Below, in pieces: positions 24,549 to 46,502 of a stretch of 64,000 nucleotides of DNA. Numbering within the stretch: the first letter of the stretch is position 1; every line of letters begins with the position of its first letter. Under the pieces are notes generated by a model. It was not told the origin of the DNA and made no database searches. It saw only the letters and a program-made list of their open reading frames with translations. Origin of the DNA: Eledone cirrhosa. Taxonomy: Eukaryota. The position numbers and the translations under genes were made by a program. The stretch covers positions 127,720,001-127,784,000 of the forward strand of contig OZ024742.1 in assembly GCA_964016885.1 (NCBI GenBank). Direction: 5' to 3'.

Positions 24549-24748
24549 NNNNNNNNNNNNNNNNNNNNNNNNNNNNNNNNNNNNNNNNNNNNNNNNNNNN
24601 NNNNNNNNNNNNNNNNNNNNNNNNNNNNNNNNNNNNNNNNNNNNNNNNNNNNNNNNNNNNNNNNNNNNNNNNNNNNNNNNNNNNNNNNNNNNNNNNNNNN
24701 NNNNNNNNNNNNNNNNNNNNNNNNNNNNNNNNNNNNNNNNNNNNNNNN
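24549..24748. other. Assembly gap (200 N)
   Basis: Run of N. Confidence 1.
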
Positions 24749-27393
24749 CCACCGTTGCTCGTTTGTTCAACACTGACAAAGGAACGCTGTACTAGTTTCA
24801 AGCTTGTTAGCTATCGTCAGCAACGTATACCTTCCTGCCAGATTGTTGAACGTATATACTTACCTTATGCATATTAACGGCTGAGTAGCCCAATATGCAT
24901 ATCGAGTGGGTTAATCGGCCGGGTGCACCGAAAACGATAAACGGAAAAAATGAAACGATATTTCATTTCCCACTCTTAGTACGGCTGTTACTTAAATATA
25001 AGTATGTACACGTACATACATATATGTATACCGACGTACAGTAGTATGTATATATATATATACATACATGCACACATATATATATGCACGTATGGATTCA
25101 CCGAACATTTATTATAATGCTCGGTGTGTTTGTAAACAAACATCCCGTATTAAGCCGTAGTGTCTAGCAACCACCGTTGCTCGTTTGTTCAACACTGACA
25201 AAGGAACGCTGTACTAGTTTCAAGCTTGTTAGCTATCGTCAGCAACGTATACCTTCCTGCCAGATTGTTGAACGTATATACTTACCTTATGCATATTAAC
25301 GGCTGAGTAGCCCAATATGCATATCGAGTGGGTTAATCGGCCGGGTGCACCGAAAACGATAAACGGAAAAAATGAAAACGATATTTCATTCCCACTCTTA
25401 GTACGGCTGTTACTTAAATATAAGTATGTACACGTACATACATATATGTATACCGACGTACAGTAGTATGTATATATATATATACATACATGCACACATA
25501 TATATATGCACGTATGGATTCACCGAACATTTATTATAATGCTCGGTGTGTTTGTAAACAAACATCCCGTATTAAGCCGTAGTGTCTAGCAACCACCGTG
25601 CTCGTTTGTTCAACACTGACAAAGGAACGCTGTACTAGTTTCAAGCTTGTTAGCTATCGTCAGCAACGTATACCTTCCTGCCAGATTGTTGAACGTATAT
25701 ACTTACCTTATGCATATTAACGGCTGAGTAGCCCAATATGCATATCGAGTGGGTTAATCGGCCGGGTGCACCGAAAACGATAAACGGAAAAAATGAAACG
25801 ATATTTCATTTCCCACTCTTAGTACGGCTGTTACTTAAATATAAGTATGTACACGTACATACATATATGTATACCGACGTACAGTAGTATGTATATATAT
25901 ATATACATACATGCACACATATATATATGCACGTATGGATTCACCGAACATTTATTATAATGCTCGGTGTGTTTGTAAACAAACATCCCGTATTAAGCCG
26001 TAGTGTCTAGCAACCACCGTTGCTCGTTTGTTCAACACTGACAAAGGAACGCTGTACTAGTTTCAAGCTTGTTAGCTATCGTCAGCAACGTATAATAAAT
26101 GTTCGGTGAATCCATACGTGCATATATATATGTGTGCATGTATGTATATATATATATACATACTACTGTACGTCGGTATACATATATGTATGTACGTGTA
26201 CATACTTATATTTAAGTAACAGCCGTACTAAGAGTGGGAAATGAAATATCGTTTCATTTTTTCCCTTGAAACTAGTACAGCGTTCCTTTGTCAGTGTTGA
26301 ACAAACGAGCAACGGTGGTTGCTAGACACTACGGCTTAATACGGGATGTTTGTTTACAAACACACCGAGCATTATAATAAATGTTCGGTGAATCCATACG
26401 TGCATATATATATGTGTGCATGTATGTATATATATATATACATACTACTGTACGTCGGTATACATATATGTATGTACGTGTACATACTTATATTTAAGTA
26501 ACAGCCGTACTAAGAGTGGGAAATGAAATATCGTTTCATTTTTTCCGTTTATCGTTTTCGGTGCACCCGGCCGATTAACCCACTCGATATGCATATTGGG
26601 CTACTCAGCCGTTAATATGCATAAGGTAAGTATATACGTTCAACAATCTGGCAGGAAGGTATACGTTGCTGACGATAGCTAACAAGCTTGAAACTAGTAC
26701 AGCGTTCCTTTGTCAGTGTTGAACAAACGAGCAACGGTGGTTGCTAGACACTACGGCTTAATACGGGATGTTTGTTTACAAACACACCGAGCATTATAAT
26801 AAATGTTCGGTGAATCCATACGTGCATATATATATGTGTGCATGTATGTATATATATATATACATACTACTGTACGTCGGTATACATATATGTATGTACG
26901 TGTACATACTTATATTTAAGTAACAGCCGTACTAAGAGTGGGAAATGAAATATCGTTTCATTTTTTCCGTTTATCGTTTTCGGTGCACCCGGCCGATTAA
27001 CCCACTCGATATGCATATTGGGCTACTCAGCCGTTTATATGCATAAGGTAAGTATATACGTTCAACAATCTGGCAGGAAGGTATACGTTGCTGACGATAG
27101 CTAACAAGCTTGAAACTAGTACAGCGTTCCTTTGTCAGTGTTGAACAAACGAGCAACGGTGGTTGCTAGACACTACGGCTTAATACGGGATGTTTGTTTA
27201 CAAACACACCGAGCATTATAATAAATGTTCGGTGAATCCATACGTGCATATATATATGTGTGCATGTATGTATATATATATATACATACTACTGTACGTC
27301 GGTATACATATATGTATGTACGTGTACATACTTATATTTAAGTAACAGCCGTACTAAGAGTGGGAAATGAAATATCGTTTCATTTTTTCCGTT
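24749..27393. repeat. About 422-bp tandem satellite: about 3.2 units forward, then about 3 units inverted
   Basis: Forward units start at 24749, 25171, 25593 and 26014; orientation flips near 26092; reverse-phase landmark GCATTATAATAAATG recurs at about 26369, 26791 and 27213. Confidence 0.95.
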
Positions 27394-35898
<8,505 letters not shown>

Positions 35899-37480
35899 CC
35901 CCCTTAACCCTGATAATGTACTCCCGCTACGTTGATGATATAAACATCGTAGTTAAGACACCCCCTCTAGAGAACAGTCAGGAACTAGAGAAAAACACAA
36001 TGGAAAGCATCCAGCAAATAGCTAACTCCATCCACCAGAGCATTAGAGTTACTATAGACTACCCAAGTAAACACCCCAACCATCGATTACCTGTACTAGA
36101 CACAGAGCTCTGGTTAGATACCATTACCAATAAAAAACAAATCCTCCATTCCCATTATGCCAAACCCATGACTTCCAAACATCTGATCCACCGAAACTAG
36201 GCCGTTTCGGACCATACCAAATTCAACATACTGATTGCGGATTTGATACGGGTGATGAGAAACGTGTCCCGCATGTGCAACCCCGAAGAACTAGAGAGAC
36301 ACATACAACACTTCATCCACCGTATGCAGTTCTCTGGCTACTATCAGAGAGATAAAATCAGAGTGTATAGAGGAGCCAGAACCAAATGGGAAAAAATGGT
36401 AAATAATGACATAAATGGGACCTGCCCCTCGTATAGGAGCAAATTTTGGAATAGAATAGAAAGAACTAGGAACAAGGCTAATAGAATAAACTCATGGTAT
36501 GATAGCAATAAATACCAGAGTGTAATGTTCATCGATACAACCCCTAGAGGGGAATTAGCTTACAAATTTAGAAGGGCCCTAAACAAACATAAACTCAATA
36601 TTAAGATAGTAGAAAGACCAGGTACCTCCATAAAAACACTTATTAGCAAGACATACCCTTTTCAAAGACCCTCATGTATAGATAAGAAATGTATAACCTG
36701 TAAAATAAGCCCCCATATTAACTGCAAAACTAGAAATGTAGTGTATAGCATAAGATGTACTGAAGGACAATGTAGAGACAAAAATATAGTGTACATAGGT
36801 GAGACAGCTCGTAGCGTAGGAGAACGGATAAATGAACACTGGCAAGACCTTCAAGATAATAAAGAAATCATCTGTACTCTACCAACATGCTAAAATAGAA
36901 CACAAGGGTAAATTAGAGAACATAGAAATAAAAATAGAATCTACACACAGAAAAGACGCAATGTTTAGACAAATCACAGAGGCAATAAACATAAAAGAAT
37001 TACAACCAAAATTAAATAGAAAATATGAGTGGAACAGCAACATCACAACTTACAATTAAGGACAAAATGAAAACACACACACACATAGAACAAACAACCA
37101 ACCAGTAACATGTAAATAAACAAATAAATAAATGAACATAAATACACACAGACACCCGGATGTGGCGCATGCGCAGACTGAGCACACAACACACACACAG
37201 AAACAAAATGGCGTAGGACAGAACAAAGGAGAGTCACTGAAGAGGTCATAGAGTGTGTGACGAAAGAACTATGACAATATATAAACAACTATCTGGTTGT
37301 GGAACCAACCAACCAACCAGAAATTTATAAATTTATTATAAATTTATTATAATAAATTGAAGTGAAAGCAACTGGTGCGTGTGTTTCTTATTGGCAACAT
37401 GACCCTCCCTAAGTATAACAATATCGGTTTCAACACACGATTTCAGATAAAGAATCTTGCTAAACAAATTCAGAAACGAA
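35899..37480 (+). mobile_element. 5'-truncated Penelope-like element (RT C-terminus + Cys-rich linker + GIY-YIG + pLTR), disabled
   Basis: [25 protein letters not shown]...[12 protein letters not shown]; TAG at 36198-36200 and a frameshift near 36865. Confidence 0.9.
37233..37275 (+). ncRNA. Minimal hammerhead ribozyme in PLE pLTR
   Basis: GTCA-CTGAAGA-gGTCATAgagtgTGTGAC-GAAA-GAAC-TA-TGAC. Confidence 0.7.
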
Positions 37481-38371
<891 letters not shown>

Positions 38372-38376
38372 TTTTT

Positions 38377-40458
38377 GAAAAATGTTAATCTAGTTGAAAT
38401 GCAGTTTAGATTTATGCCGGGTAAAAGTACCACGGATGCTCTTTTCCTTGTGAGGTAACTGCAGGAGAAGTACCTAGCCAAAAGTAAAACCATCTATTTA
38501 GCTTTTGTTGACTTAGAGAAAACCTTTGACAGAGTCCCCCACTCCATTATCTGGTTGGCTCTTAGAAAACTAGGAGTAGATGAGTGGCTTGTGAAGGCTG
38601 TAAAAGCCATGTATAGAGGAACAGTCAGCAAGGTTAGAATTAACATTGACTATAGTGAAGAATCTAACATGCAGGTAGGTGTCTATCAGAGCTCTGTTCT
38701 TAGCTCTCTCCTGCTTATTGTTGTCCTCCAGTCTATAACAGAAGAGTTTAAGACTGGTTGCCCATGCGAACACCTGTATGGAGATGATCTAACCCTCATA
38801 GCTGAATCTATGGTGGTATTATAGAAAAAACTCCAAACTTGGAAGCACTGCCTAGAATCTAAAGGTTTTAAAGCTAACTTGTCAAAGGCTAAACTCCTAG
38901 TATGTAGGATGGAAAATAGGGCACATGGCTTAGTGGTTAGAGCATTGGCCTTGCAATCGAAAGGTTGTGCGTTCAATTCTCAGACCGGGTGATGTGTTGT
39001 TTCCTTGAGCAGGACACTTTATTTCACATTGTTCCAGTTTACTCAGCTGTAGAAATGAGATGATAGGACTGGGGTCCATATCATTCCACTGCAAAGTGGT
39101 AGTGGAGGTGCCACGGCAAAAAAGCACCCAGCCCACACTGTAAAGTGGTCGTGTGTGGCACCATGGAAAAAAAGCACCCAGCACTCACTGTAAATGAGGT
39201 TTGTGTTAGGAAGGGCATCTAGCTGTAGAAATCAATCCAGAATCAGTTCCCGTCCCACGCTTGCAAGTAGGGAAAAGCGGACATAAAATGAAATCATCAT
39301 CATCATTCCCTCAGGGAAATGGCCTTACACTGTGTTCAGGAAAAGAGTAGGTAGAAATTCCATCCTATGGCCCAAATGCAAGCTATGGGTACACAAGAGA
39401 CTAGTGGGATCACAGGCAGGCTATCAAAGTACGTAGGTTTTATATTTGGCCGATGCACAGATGCAGCATGTAGCATGTGCCCACAGCATACTAGCTCCTT
39501 CAAATGCTCAGACAGCTCTATAGAAATAGATGACAATTTCTGTTACTTGGGTAACCAAATCAGCAATGGAAGAGGGTGTTCCAAAGTATAGTAGCCAAAA
39601 GTAGAGTAAGAATGGGATGGAAAAAGTTCAGAGAGCTACTACTGCTGTTAGCTACAAAGGGCATAAGAGGGATCAGATGCAGCATACAGGAGAGGAAATT
39701 GCATCGGTATGGACGTGATGCATATGAAGGATGACAGCTGTTTAAAAAGGTGCAGGGCTATCAAAGTTGATGGAAGCTATGGAGTAGGAAAATGTGGGAT
39801 GAGGTGATAAATGTTGACCTTGCACAATTGCACCTCTCAAAGACGATAACACAAGATCGAGATCTTTGGCATTATGCAGTAATACAGAAACCCTGCCTTC
39901 CCCTGCACACAGACTGAAGCATACCTCTAGTATGCACCTCTTAACCAGTACCCACCCTCTCCCTTCCATACACCTCCCACGCCCCAACACCCCACCCACA
40001 TCTGATCACACCACTCTTACACTGTAAAGTTGTCATGTTGATATCACTACAAAAAGCACCCAGCACACACTGTAAAGTGGTTGTGTAGGTGTCATGACGA
40101 AGAGCACCCAGCACACACTGTAAAGTGGTCGTGTAGGTGTCATGACAAAAGGCACCCAGCACACACTGTAAAGTGGTCGTGTAGGTGTCATGACGAAGAG
40201 CACCCAGCACACACTGTAAAGTGGTCGTGTAGGTGTCATGACGAAAAGCACCCAGCACACACTGTAAAGTGGTTGTGTAAGTGTTATGACAAAATGCATC
40301 CAGCACACACTGTAAAGTGGTTGTGTAAGTGTTATGACAAAATGCATCCAGCACACACACTGTAAATGTGGTTGGCTTTATGAAGGGCTTTGAACCGTAG
40401 AAACCAGAGCAAAATCAGTTCTGTATGAGCAAGACCATGCTAGCGTGGAAAATAGACA
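38377..40458 (+). mobile_element. Degenerate RTE LINE (subfamily 2-like) with a CORE-SINE inserted at about 38920-39300
   Basis: [29 protein letters not shown]; stops and frameshifts; tail ends GATGATGAT. Confidence 0.85.
40020..40365 (+). repeat. About 7 x 48-bp tandem repeat in the RTE 3' UTR
   Basis: CACTGTAAAGTGGTCGTGTAGGTGTCATGACGAAGAGCACCCAGCACA, period 48. Confidence 0.92.
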
Positions 40459-40702
40459 TTAAATGAGGATGATGATGATATATATATAAATCAATTAAAT
40501 AACACATTACTATATTGAACTTTGGTGATTATAATTTTTACATCTATATATGTTCTGTGATTTTGCAATACTACGATCACTGGAAATTTACAAATTGGAT
40601 TTAACTGTGAACTGTCTTTTGCCAATCTTGATGTGGATAAAATTACTTCAGAAACTTTAAATATCGAAATGCCTTATACTGTTGTATCAACTCATATAAA
40701 TA

Positions 40703-40773
<71 letters not shown>

Positions 40774-40777
<4 letters not shown>

Positions 40778-40963
40778 GTTTCTACTTTAGGCACAAGGCC
40801 AGCAATTACCCAGTGCATTACTGGTACTTTATTTTAACGACCCCGTAAGGATGAAAGGCAAAGTTAACCTCGGCGGGATTTGAACTCAGATCGTAAAGGG
40901 ACGTAACTATGCTGGAAAGCATGGTGGCGTCCGACCCTCTACTGATACTGCCAATCCACTGCT
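40774..40963 (-). mobile_element. SINE family A inserted in (TA)n
   Basis: Full-length reverse-complement match to the other copies. Confidence 0.88.
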
Positions 40964-41059
<96 letters not shown>

Positions 41060-41492
41060 GTATATAATGTATATAATAACAACTACAATAACAACTACAG
41101 CACCAACAACTGCCACCACCATCACTGACCATCCACCACCACCACGCTGATACCATCCACCACCACCACACTGACACCATCCACCACCGCCATTACCAGC
41201 GTAAACAAACAATTATTATTGTTATTGTTATTATATACAAGCCGAACTGGACTGGGAAAGGTCAACAGTTGACATGATAGTGATTTTGACGATTTTGATT
41301 TTGATTTTGACTTTGATTTTGATTTTGTATCAGTACTGTCGGTAATATATGTATATATATATATGTTTGTGAGTGGTGTGCGTGATTGTATGCATGAATG
41401 AGTGTTGGTATGTGTGGTTGTGGTTTGTATGCATGAGTATTAGTGTGTGAGTCGTGTCAATAAGTTTCCTTTTTTTTTTTTTTTTTTTTTTT

Positions 41493-44400
41493 AATGACCA
41501 TGCTGTAAAATGGAGGGGTAGAGAGGGCCCTTGAGTCTAGTAAGACATCCTCTCTAGTGCTGGTGGCACAAATAAAAGCACCCAGTCCATGCTGTAAAGT
41601 GGCGCTGGTGTTAGGAAGGGCATCCAACCAGTGTATCAATGCCAAAAAGCTTATCAGCACAGCAACAAAACAGCATAGAAAAATATGAAGACGTCGCATC
41701 TCAGAGTTGCAACACTTAATGTTGGCACTCTCAGAGGTAGGTCTGCTGAAATAGCGGAGATGCTGGAGAGAAGGCAGGTGGATGTGTGCTGCGTGCAAGA
41801 GGTGAGATGGAGGGGTGCCTCTGCGAGACTAGTCGTAGGCAAGCGTCTTAGCTATAAGCTATTCTGGGTAGGTAAGGATGATGGGTTAGGGGGAGTAGGC
41901 ATTTTCCTGGCTGAGAAATGGATCAATAAGACAATAGAGGTAGTTCGAGTTAGTAATCGAATAATTAAGCTTAGATTAGTTGTAGGTAGGAGACTACTGA
42001 CAATCATCTCGGTCTATGCTCCCCAAGCAGGCCTAGGCAAAGATGAGAAAGACTGCTTTTATGAGCAACTTTTGCAAACAACCACAATGACAGAGGACGG
42101 AGACATCGTTATGCTAGCAGGAGACTTCAATGGTCATGTTGGACAGCTCCAGGATAGTTACACTGGGGTACATGGTGGGCACGGTTACGGTTCAAGAAAT
42201 GAAGAAGGAGTGAGACTTCTTGAATTTTGTGATGCAAGTACATTGACTATTTGCAACACAAACTTCCAGAAACCTGCCAATCACCTAATAACCTACAAAT
42301 CTGGTGAGCACATAAGCCAGATTGACTTCCTGCTAGTTAGGCAGCGGGACAGGCAGATAGTGTCTAATACCAAGGCATACCCTGGGGAAGAATGTACCCC
42401 ACAGCATAGGTTAGTTGTTAGTGATATCTCAGTAAGCAAGAGATGGAATGAGACATATAGGAAGGTGTGGAGAAGAAAGGTCTGGAAGCTAAAAGACCTT
42501 TCACTAAAATTCAAATTTAGGAAAGCCCTTCAAGATGTATATGACGAAAAAGAAGACGATTTAGAGACGTATGACATAGATAATAACTGGAAGTTCTTAC
42601 GTGACAACTTGCTGAAGGCTACTGATGAAACCTGTGGCTGGAGCAGAGCTCCAACCAGACAGAGAGTGACCTGGTGGTGGAACAGCAGTGTAGATAAGGC
42701 TATTAGAGACAAAAGACTAGCATGGAAGGCTTGGAATAAGGGTGGGAGTAGGGAAGAATATACAGCCACTAAGAGAGAAGCTAGACGTCAGGTGTACTTA
42801 GCACGCAGGGAGGCAGAGAGTAGGAGGTTTGCCAATGTTCTGCGACGGGAAGATCAGAGGCGTGCGGTGTTCCACATTGCAAGGCAGTGTGTCAATGCAA
42901 ACCAGGATGTTGTTGGTGATAAATGTGTCCGGGATGATGCCGGTGTACTTAGTGTCACGAATGACCAGAAAAAGGAGGCCTGGAAATGTCATTATGAGAG
43001 ACTGATGAATGTGGAGAACGAATGGGAGAGAGAGAAATTACCCTTGGTAGATCCGACAGAGGGACCAGCTATTGAGATTGACGAATATAGGGTCCAAGAG
43101 GCGATTAGGGAAATGAAAAATGGTAAGGCGGCCGGACCATCGGGAATAGTTGCTGAGATGCTGAAGGCATCAGGGGACGTAGGCACTAAACTGGTTGCAC
43201 GCATAATCAATCAGGCTATATATGGTGGTGTCATACCCAAAGACTGGTGCAGCAGTATTCTCATAAATTGCTACAAAGGTAAAGGGGATGCTTTGGAGAG
43301 GAGCAATTATAGGGGTATAAAACTGATAGATCAGGTTATGAAAGTGGCAGAAAGGATTCTAGCACAACTAATTAGAGAAAGGGTCAAACTAGATGAGATG
43401 CAGTTTGGTTTTGTGCCTGGGAAGAGTACAACAGATGCCCTCTTCTTGGTGAGACAAATGCAAGAGAGGTTCTTAGAGAAGAATAAGCCACTATACTTAG
43501 CCTTTGTTGACCTAGAGAAGGCCTTTGATAGGGTACCCCGATCTGTCATCTGGTGGTCCCTAAGGAAGCTGGGTGTTGAGGAATGGCTTGTAAGGACAGT
43601 GCAAACTTTGTACAGAGGTACTCTCAGTAAAGTCAGGGTAGGAATGGAGTTTAGTGAGGAATTCCAGATACAAGTAGGAGTACATCAGGGTTCGGTCCTC
43701 AGCCCGCTCTTGTTCATTATAGTCCTCCAAGCCATAACAGAGGAGTTTAAGACTGGCTGTCCATGGGAACTTCTCTATGCTGACGATCTGGCTCTTATGG
43801 CAGAATCAGTAGAGGAGCTAGAGAATAAATTCCGGCTATGGAAACAGCAGTTGGAAGCAAGAGGACTGAGAGTAAATCTAGCTAAGACAAAAGTGTTGAT
43901 GAGTAGAAAAGAGGACAAAACCCTGATTCCGTCAGGGAAATGGCCATGTTCGATATGCAGAAAAGGAACTGGCATAAATTCTATAAAATGCACACAATGT
44001 AGGTCCTGGGTACACAAGAGATGTAGCGGGATAGCAGGCAAACTAACAGGTAGGGAGAAATATGTATGCAGTAGATGTACAGGGAAATTAGACAGTAGAA
44101 GTCGCACTGATAGACACATTTTTCAAATGCGAGAGGGCGCTATAGAAGTGGTGGATAGCTTCCGGTACCTAGGAGATCAGATTAGCATGGGAGGAGGGTG
44201 TTCCGAGGCCATAGTATCTAGAATAAGGACGGGTTGGAAGAAGTTTAGGGAGCTGCTTCCTCTGTTGACGAAGAAGGGTTTCTCCCTGCGTACGAAAGGC
44301 CGGTTGTATGATGCCTGTGTGAGGAGCGCGATGCTGCATGGTAGTGAGACATGGGCAGCTACCGCAGAAGATATGCGACGGCTGGAGAGAAATGAGGCAA

Positions 44401-44771
44401 GCATGCTCCGTTGGATGTGCAGTGTAAATGTGCGTGAACGACCCAGCTTAAATGTGTTGAGAGAGAAACTGTGTCTGAGAGGGATAGAATGTAGTGTACG
44501 GGAGAGGAGACTGAGGTGGTATGGACATGTGATGCGCATGGAGGATGACCGATGGGTGAAGAAGTGCCAGGAAATGCCAGTTGAAGGAAGACGTGGTAGA
44601 GGTAGACCACGAAAAACATGGGCGGAGGTGGTGAGAACAGACCTCAGATCATTGAAGCTCACGGTGGAGATGACGAGGGACCGTGACGAGTGGAGAGATG
44701 CTGTGCTGAATAAGACCCGTCCCACCCTTGCAAGCAGGGAAAAGCGGACGTAAAATGATGATGATGATGAT
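41493..44771 (+). mobile_element. Apparently full-length RTE-clade LINE (5' boundary uncertain)
   Basis: 5' UTR containing GGTGTTAGGAAGGGCATCCA, single intact ORF, (ATG)n tail; no TSD identified. Confidence 0.85.
41685..44753 (+). CDS. RTE LINE polyprotein, 1022 aa: APE endonuclease + reverse transcriptase with an inserted PHD-type finger
   Basis: APE motifs TLNVGT, VQEVR, YAP, GDFNGH, QIDF, QHR; RT motifs [35 protein letters not shown]; no stops. Confidence 0.95.
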   Translation: MKTSHLRVATLNVGTLRGRSAEIAEMLERRQVDVCCVQEVRWRGASARLVVGKRLSYKLFWVGKDDGLGGVGIFLAEKWINKTIEVVRVSNRIIKLRLVVGRRLLTIISVYAPQAGLGKDEKDCFYEQLLQTTTMTEDGDIVMLAGDFNGHVGQLQDSYTGVHGGHGYGSRNEEGVRLLEFCDASTLTICNTNFQKPANHLITYKSGEHISQIDFLLVRQRDRQIVSNTKAYPGEECTPQHRLVVSDISVSKRWNETYRKVWRRKVWKLKDLSLKFKFRKALQDVYDEKEDDLETYDIDNNWKFLRDNLLKATDETCGWSRAPTRQRVTWWWNSSVDKAIRDKRLAWKAWNKGGSREEYTATKREARRQVYLARREAESRRFANVLRREDQRRAVFHIARQCVNANQDVVGDKCVRDDAGVLSVTNDQKKEAWKCHYERLMNVENEWEREKLPLVDPTEGPAIEIDEYRVQEAIREMKNGKAAGPSGIVAEMLKASGDVGTKLVARIINQAIYGGVIPKDWCSSILINCYKGKGDALERSNYRGIKLIDQVMKVAERILAQLIRERVKLDEMQFGFVPGKSTTDALFLVRQMQERFLEKNKPLYLAFVDLEKAFDRVPRSVIWWSLRKLGVEEWLVRTVQTLYRGTLSKVRVGMEFSEEFQIQVGVHQGSVLSPLLFIIVLQAITEEFKTGCPWELLYADDLALMAESVEELENKFRLWKQQLEARGLRVNLAKTKVLMSRKEDKTLIPSGKWPCSICRKGTGINSIKCTQCRSWVHKRCSGIAGKLTGREKYVCSRCTGKLDSRSRTDRHIFQMREGAIEVVDSFRYLGDQISMGGGCSEAIVSRIRTGWKKFRELLPLLTKKGFSLRTKGRLYDACVRSAMLHGSETWAATAEDMRRLERNEASMLRWMCSVNVRERPSLNVLREKLCLRGIECSVRERRLRWYGHVMRMEDDRWVKKCQEMPVEGRRGRGRPRKTWAEVVRTDLRSLKLTVEMTRDRDEWRDAVLNKTRPTLASREKRT

Positions 44772-45302
44772 GTATGTATGTATGTGTATGTGTGTGTGTG
44801 TGTTTCATAATATAGCTATCGATGTATACAGATATATGAAAAGTGGAAACTATAGTTCTGACATGCAATTGATACAAACTCACACTGATATATTTAATTT
44901 AATACTCTACAATATGGTGACCCCCAACTGAAGGAAAGTTATAATATGAATCATTAATAAGCAGAAGCATGAATGAAACAGCCCTACACAGCACCTTTGA
45001 TGAGATGCTAACTGGACTGATTTATATTACATTAACTATTATTCATCAAATGTGTTATCATTACCTTAACTATTGTTCTTCATGTAAATGGTGTCCTCGA
45101 ATTATTTAATTTCTATACCATTCTATTTTTTTATGCCTACTTATTTATTTAATGTTTCTTTCATCACTACTCCAGCAAATATAATGAAGGCTATGCTTCA
45201 TCCATCAGTGTTACCTCCTGTACTTGTTGGAAAAATGAAAATAATATTGATAAAGCATTATAATACTAACTGACCCTATAGAAATCCTACAGTTGTTGGC
45301 AA

Positions 45303-45650
45303 CTAAGACACAATAATTTCTCTGCCTGCTACTGGTACCATGTAATCCAGTACAACCTGCTTCATTGTTAAGTGGTTGACAACTAAACCAGCTCCTTCAT
45401 CAGACCAGAAGTGGGTAAGTAGAACCCCAGCAACACAAAAAAAAACAAGAGCTGTTAAAAGGGCAGATGAAAACCTCAGAGTCACTGGTCATTTATCCCA
45501 ACTATGAGTTAAATAGCCTCACCAGCCCATAGTTGTCCAAGTGTGGTGAGTATGGCTACACTTGTGAAGACATTACCAAAACCAAATAGAAAGTGGTGGA
45601 GGTCAACCAGGAAGGGGTTCCTCCAACAGGGGTGAGAAAGCCCTGGATTG
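45303..45650 (+). mobile_element. Diverged single copy of the RTE 5' end / ribozyme-like segment
   Basis: TGCTACTGGTACCATGTAATCCAGTACAACCTG...ACTAAACC matches the 75-bp unit and its downstream flank. Confidence 0.65.
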
Positions 45651-46502
45651 GATATTTGTTATTTCATCATTGTAGCATTTCAGTTATCATTTATCATAAT
45701 TTATACCATTAATTTAATAGATATAAAATGGTTTTAGTGATAGTTTTTCTTCTTTGTTTCCCTTGTTTATTGATATTAACCATTTAACGAAAACATCAAT
45801 TAATTTCCTAGCCCTAGAGAATAACTGTCTGTGATTAAATACTGGTTGTGGTAAATTTCTATATTATTAAATGTTTCATGCTGTGCTTTAATAATTGTCA
45901 TAAGCTAATCTAACTGGAAACTTAATTCTTTGTAAAAAGAGATGACAGCCCATGCATTAAATAATTGACAATTTAAAAAATAAATATTACTTGCATAAAT
46001 AAACTACAATGTTCACTTACCCCCACCTTACCACAGTCACCACCACCACCACTTACAGCAGCTGCAGTTCTCAGTATATCATATGTGTGTGTTTAATTAT
46101 GTCTGTAACATTCTGTAAATAAATAACCTCTTTCTTCTGCTTCATAGTGTTACTACTTTCCCTTCCCATTAATTCATAAGTATTCAATAGCATTCCCTTT
46201 ATTCTACCTCATACTGCTAGTATGCTCTTCTTTTCAGCATTCTTCTCTTTCTCTTTCTTCTTCCTCACACTGTTTCTATTATCATCAAAACTTTCTCTCT
46301 TTTGTACCCTTCCTTCATCCACCTAACATACAGGCATAATAATATTGTAGATCATATTTTTCTTCATAGCACATTTTTTCATGTTTAGCTTTTATTCCTT
46401 GCATGAAATATATTTACACCATCTTACATCATAATTTATGATTTGCTTTTCAAAAATAATTCACATACTGAGTTTCTATATTTTTCTATTATTAATTTTC
46501 AG

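Noticed and set aside
36198-36200. Programmed read-through or selenocysteine in the PLE ORF
   Set aside because: The stop is TAG where the sister copy has TCG (Ser), consistent with an ordinary nonsense mutation
42293-44725. Antisense ORFs over the RTE copies
   Set aside because: They are shadows of the RT coding strand with no independent motifs
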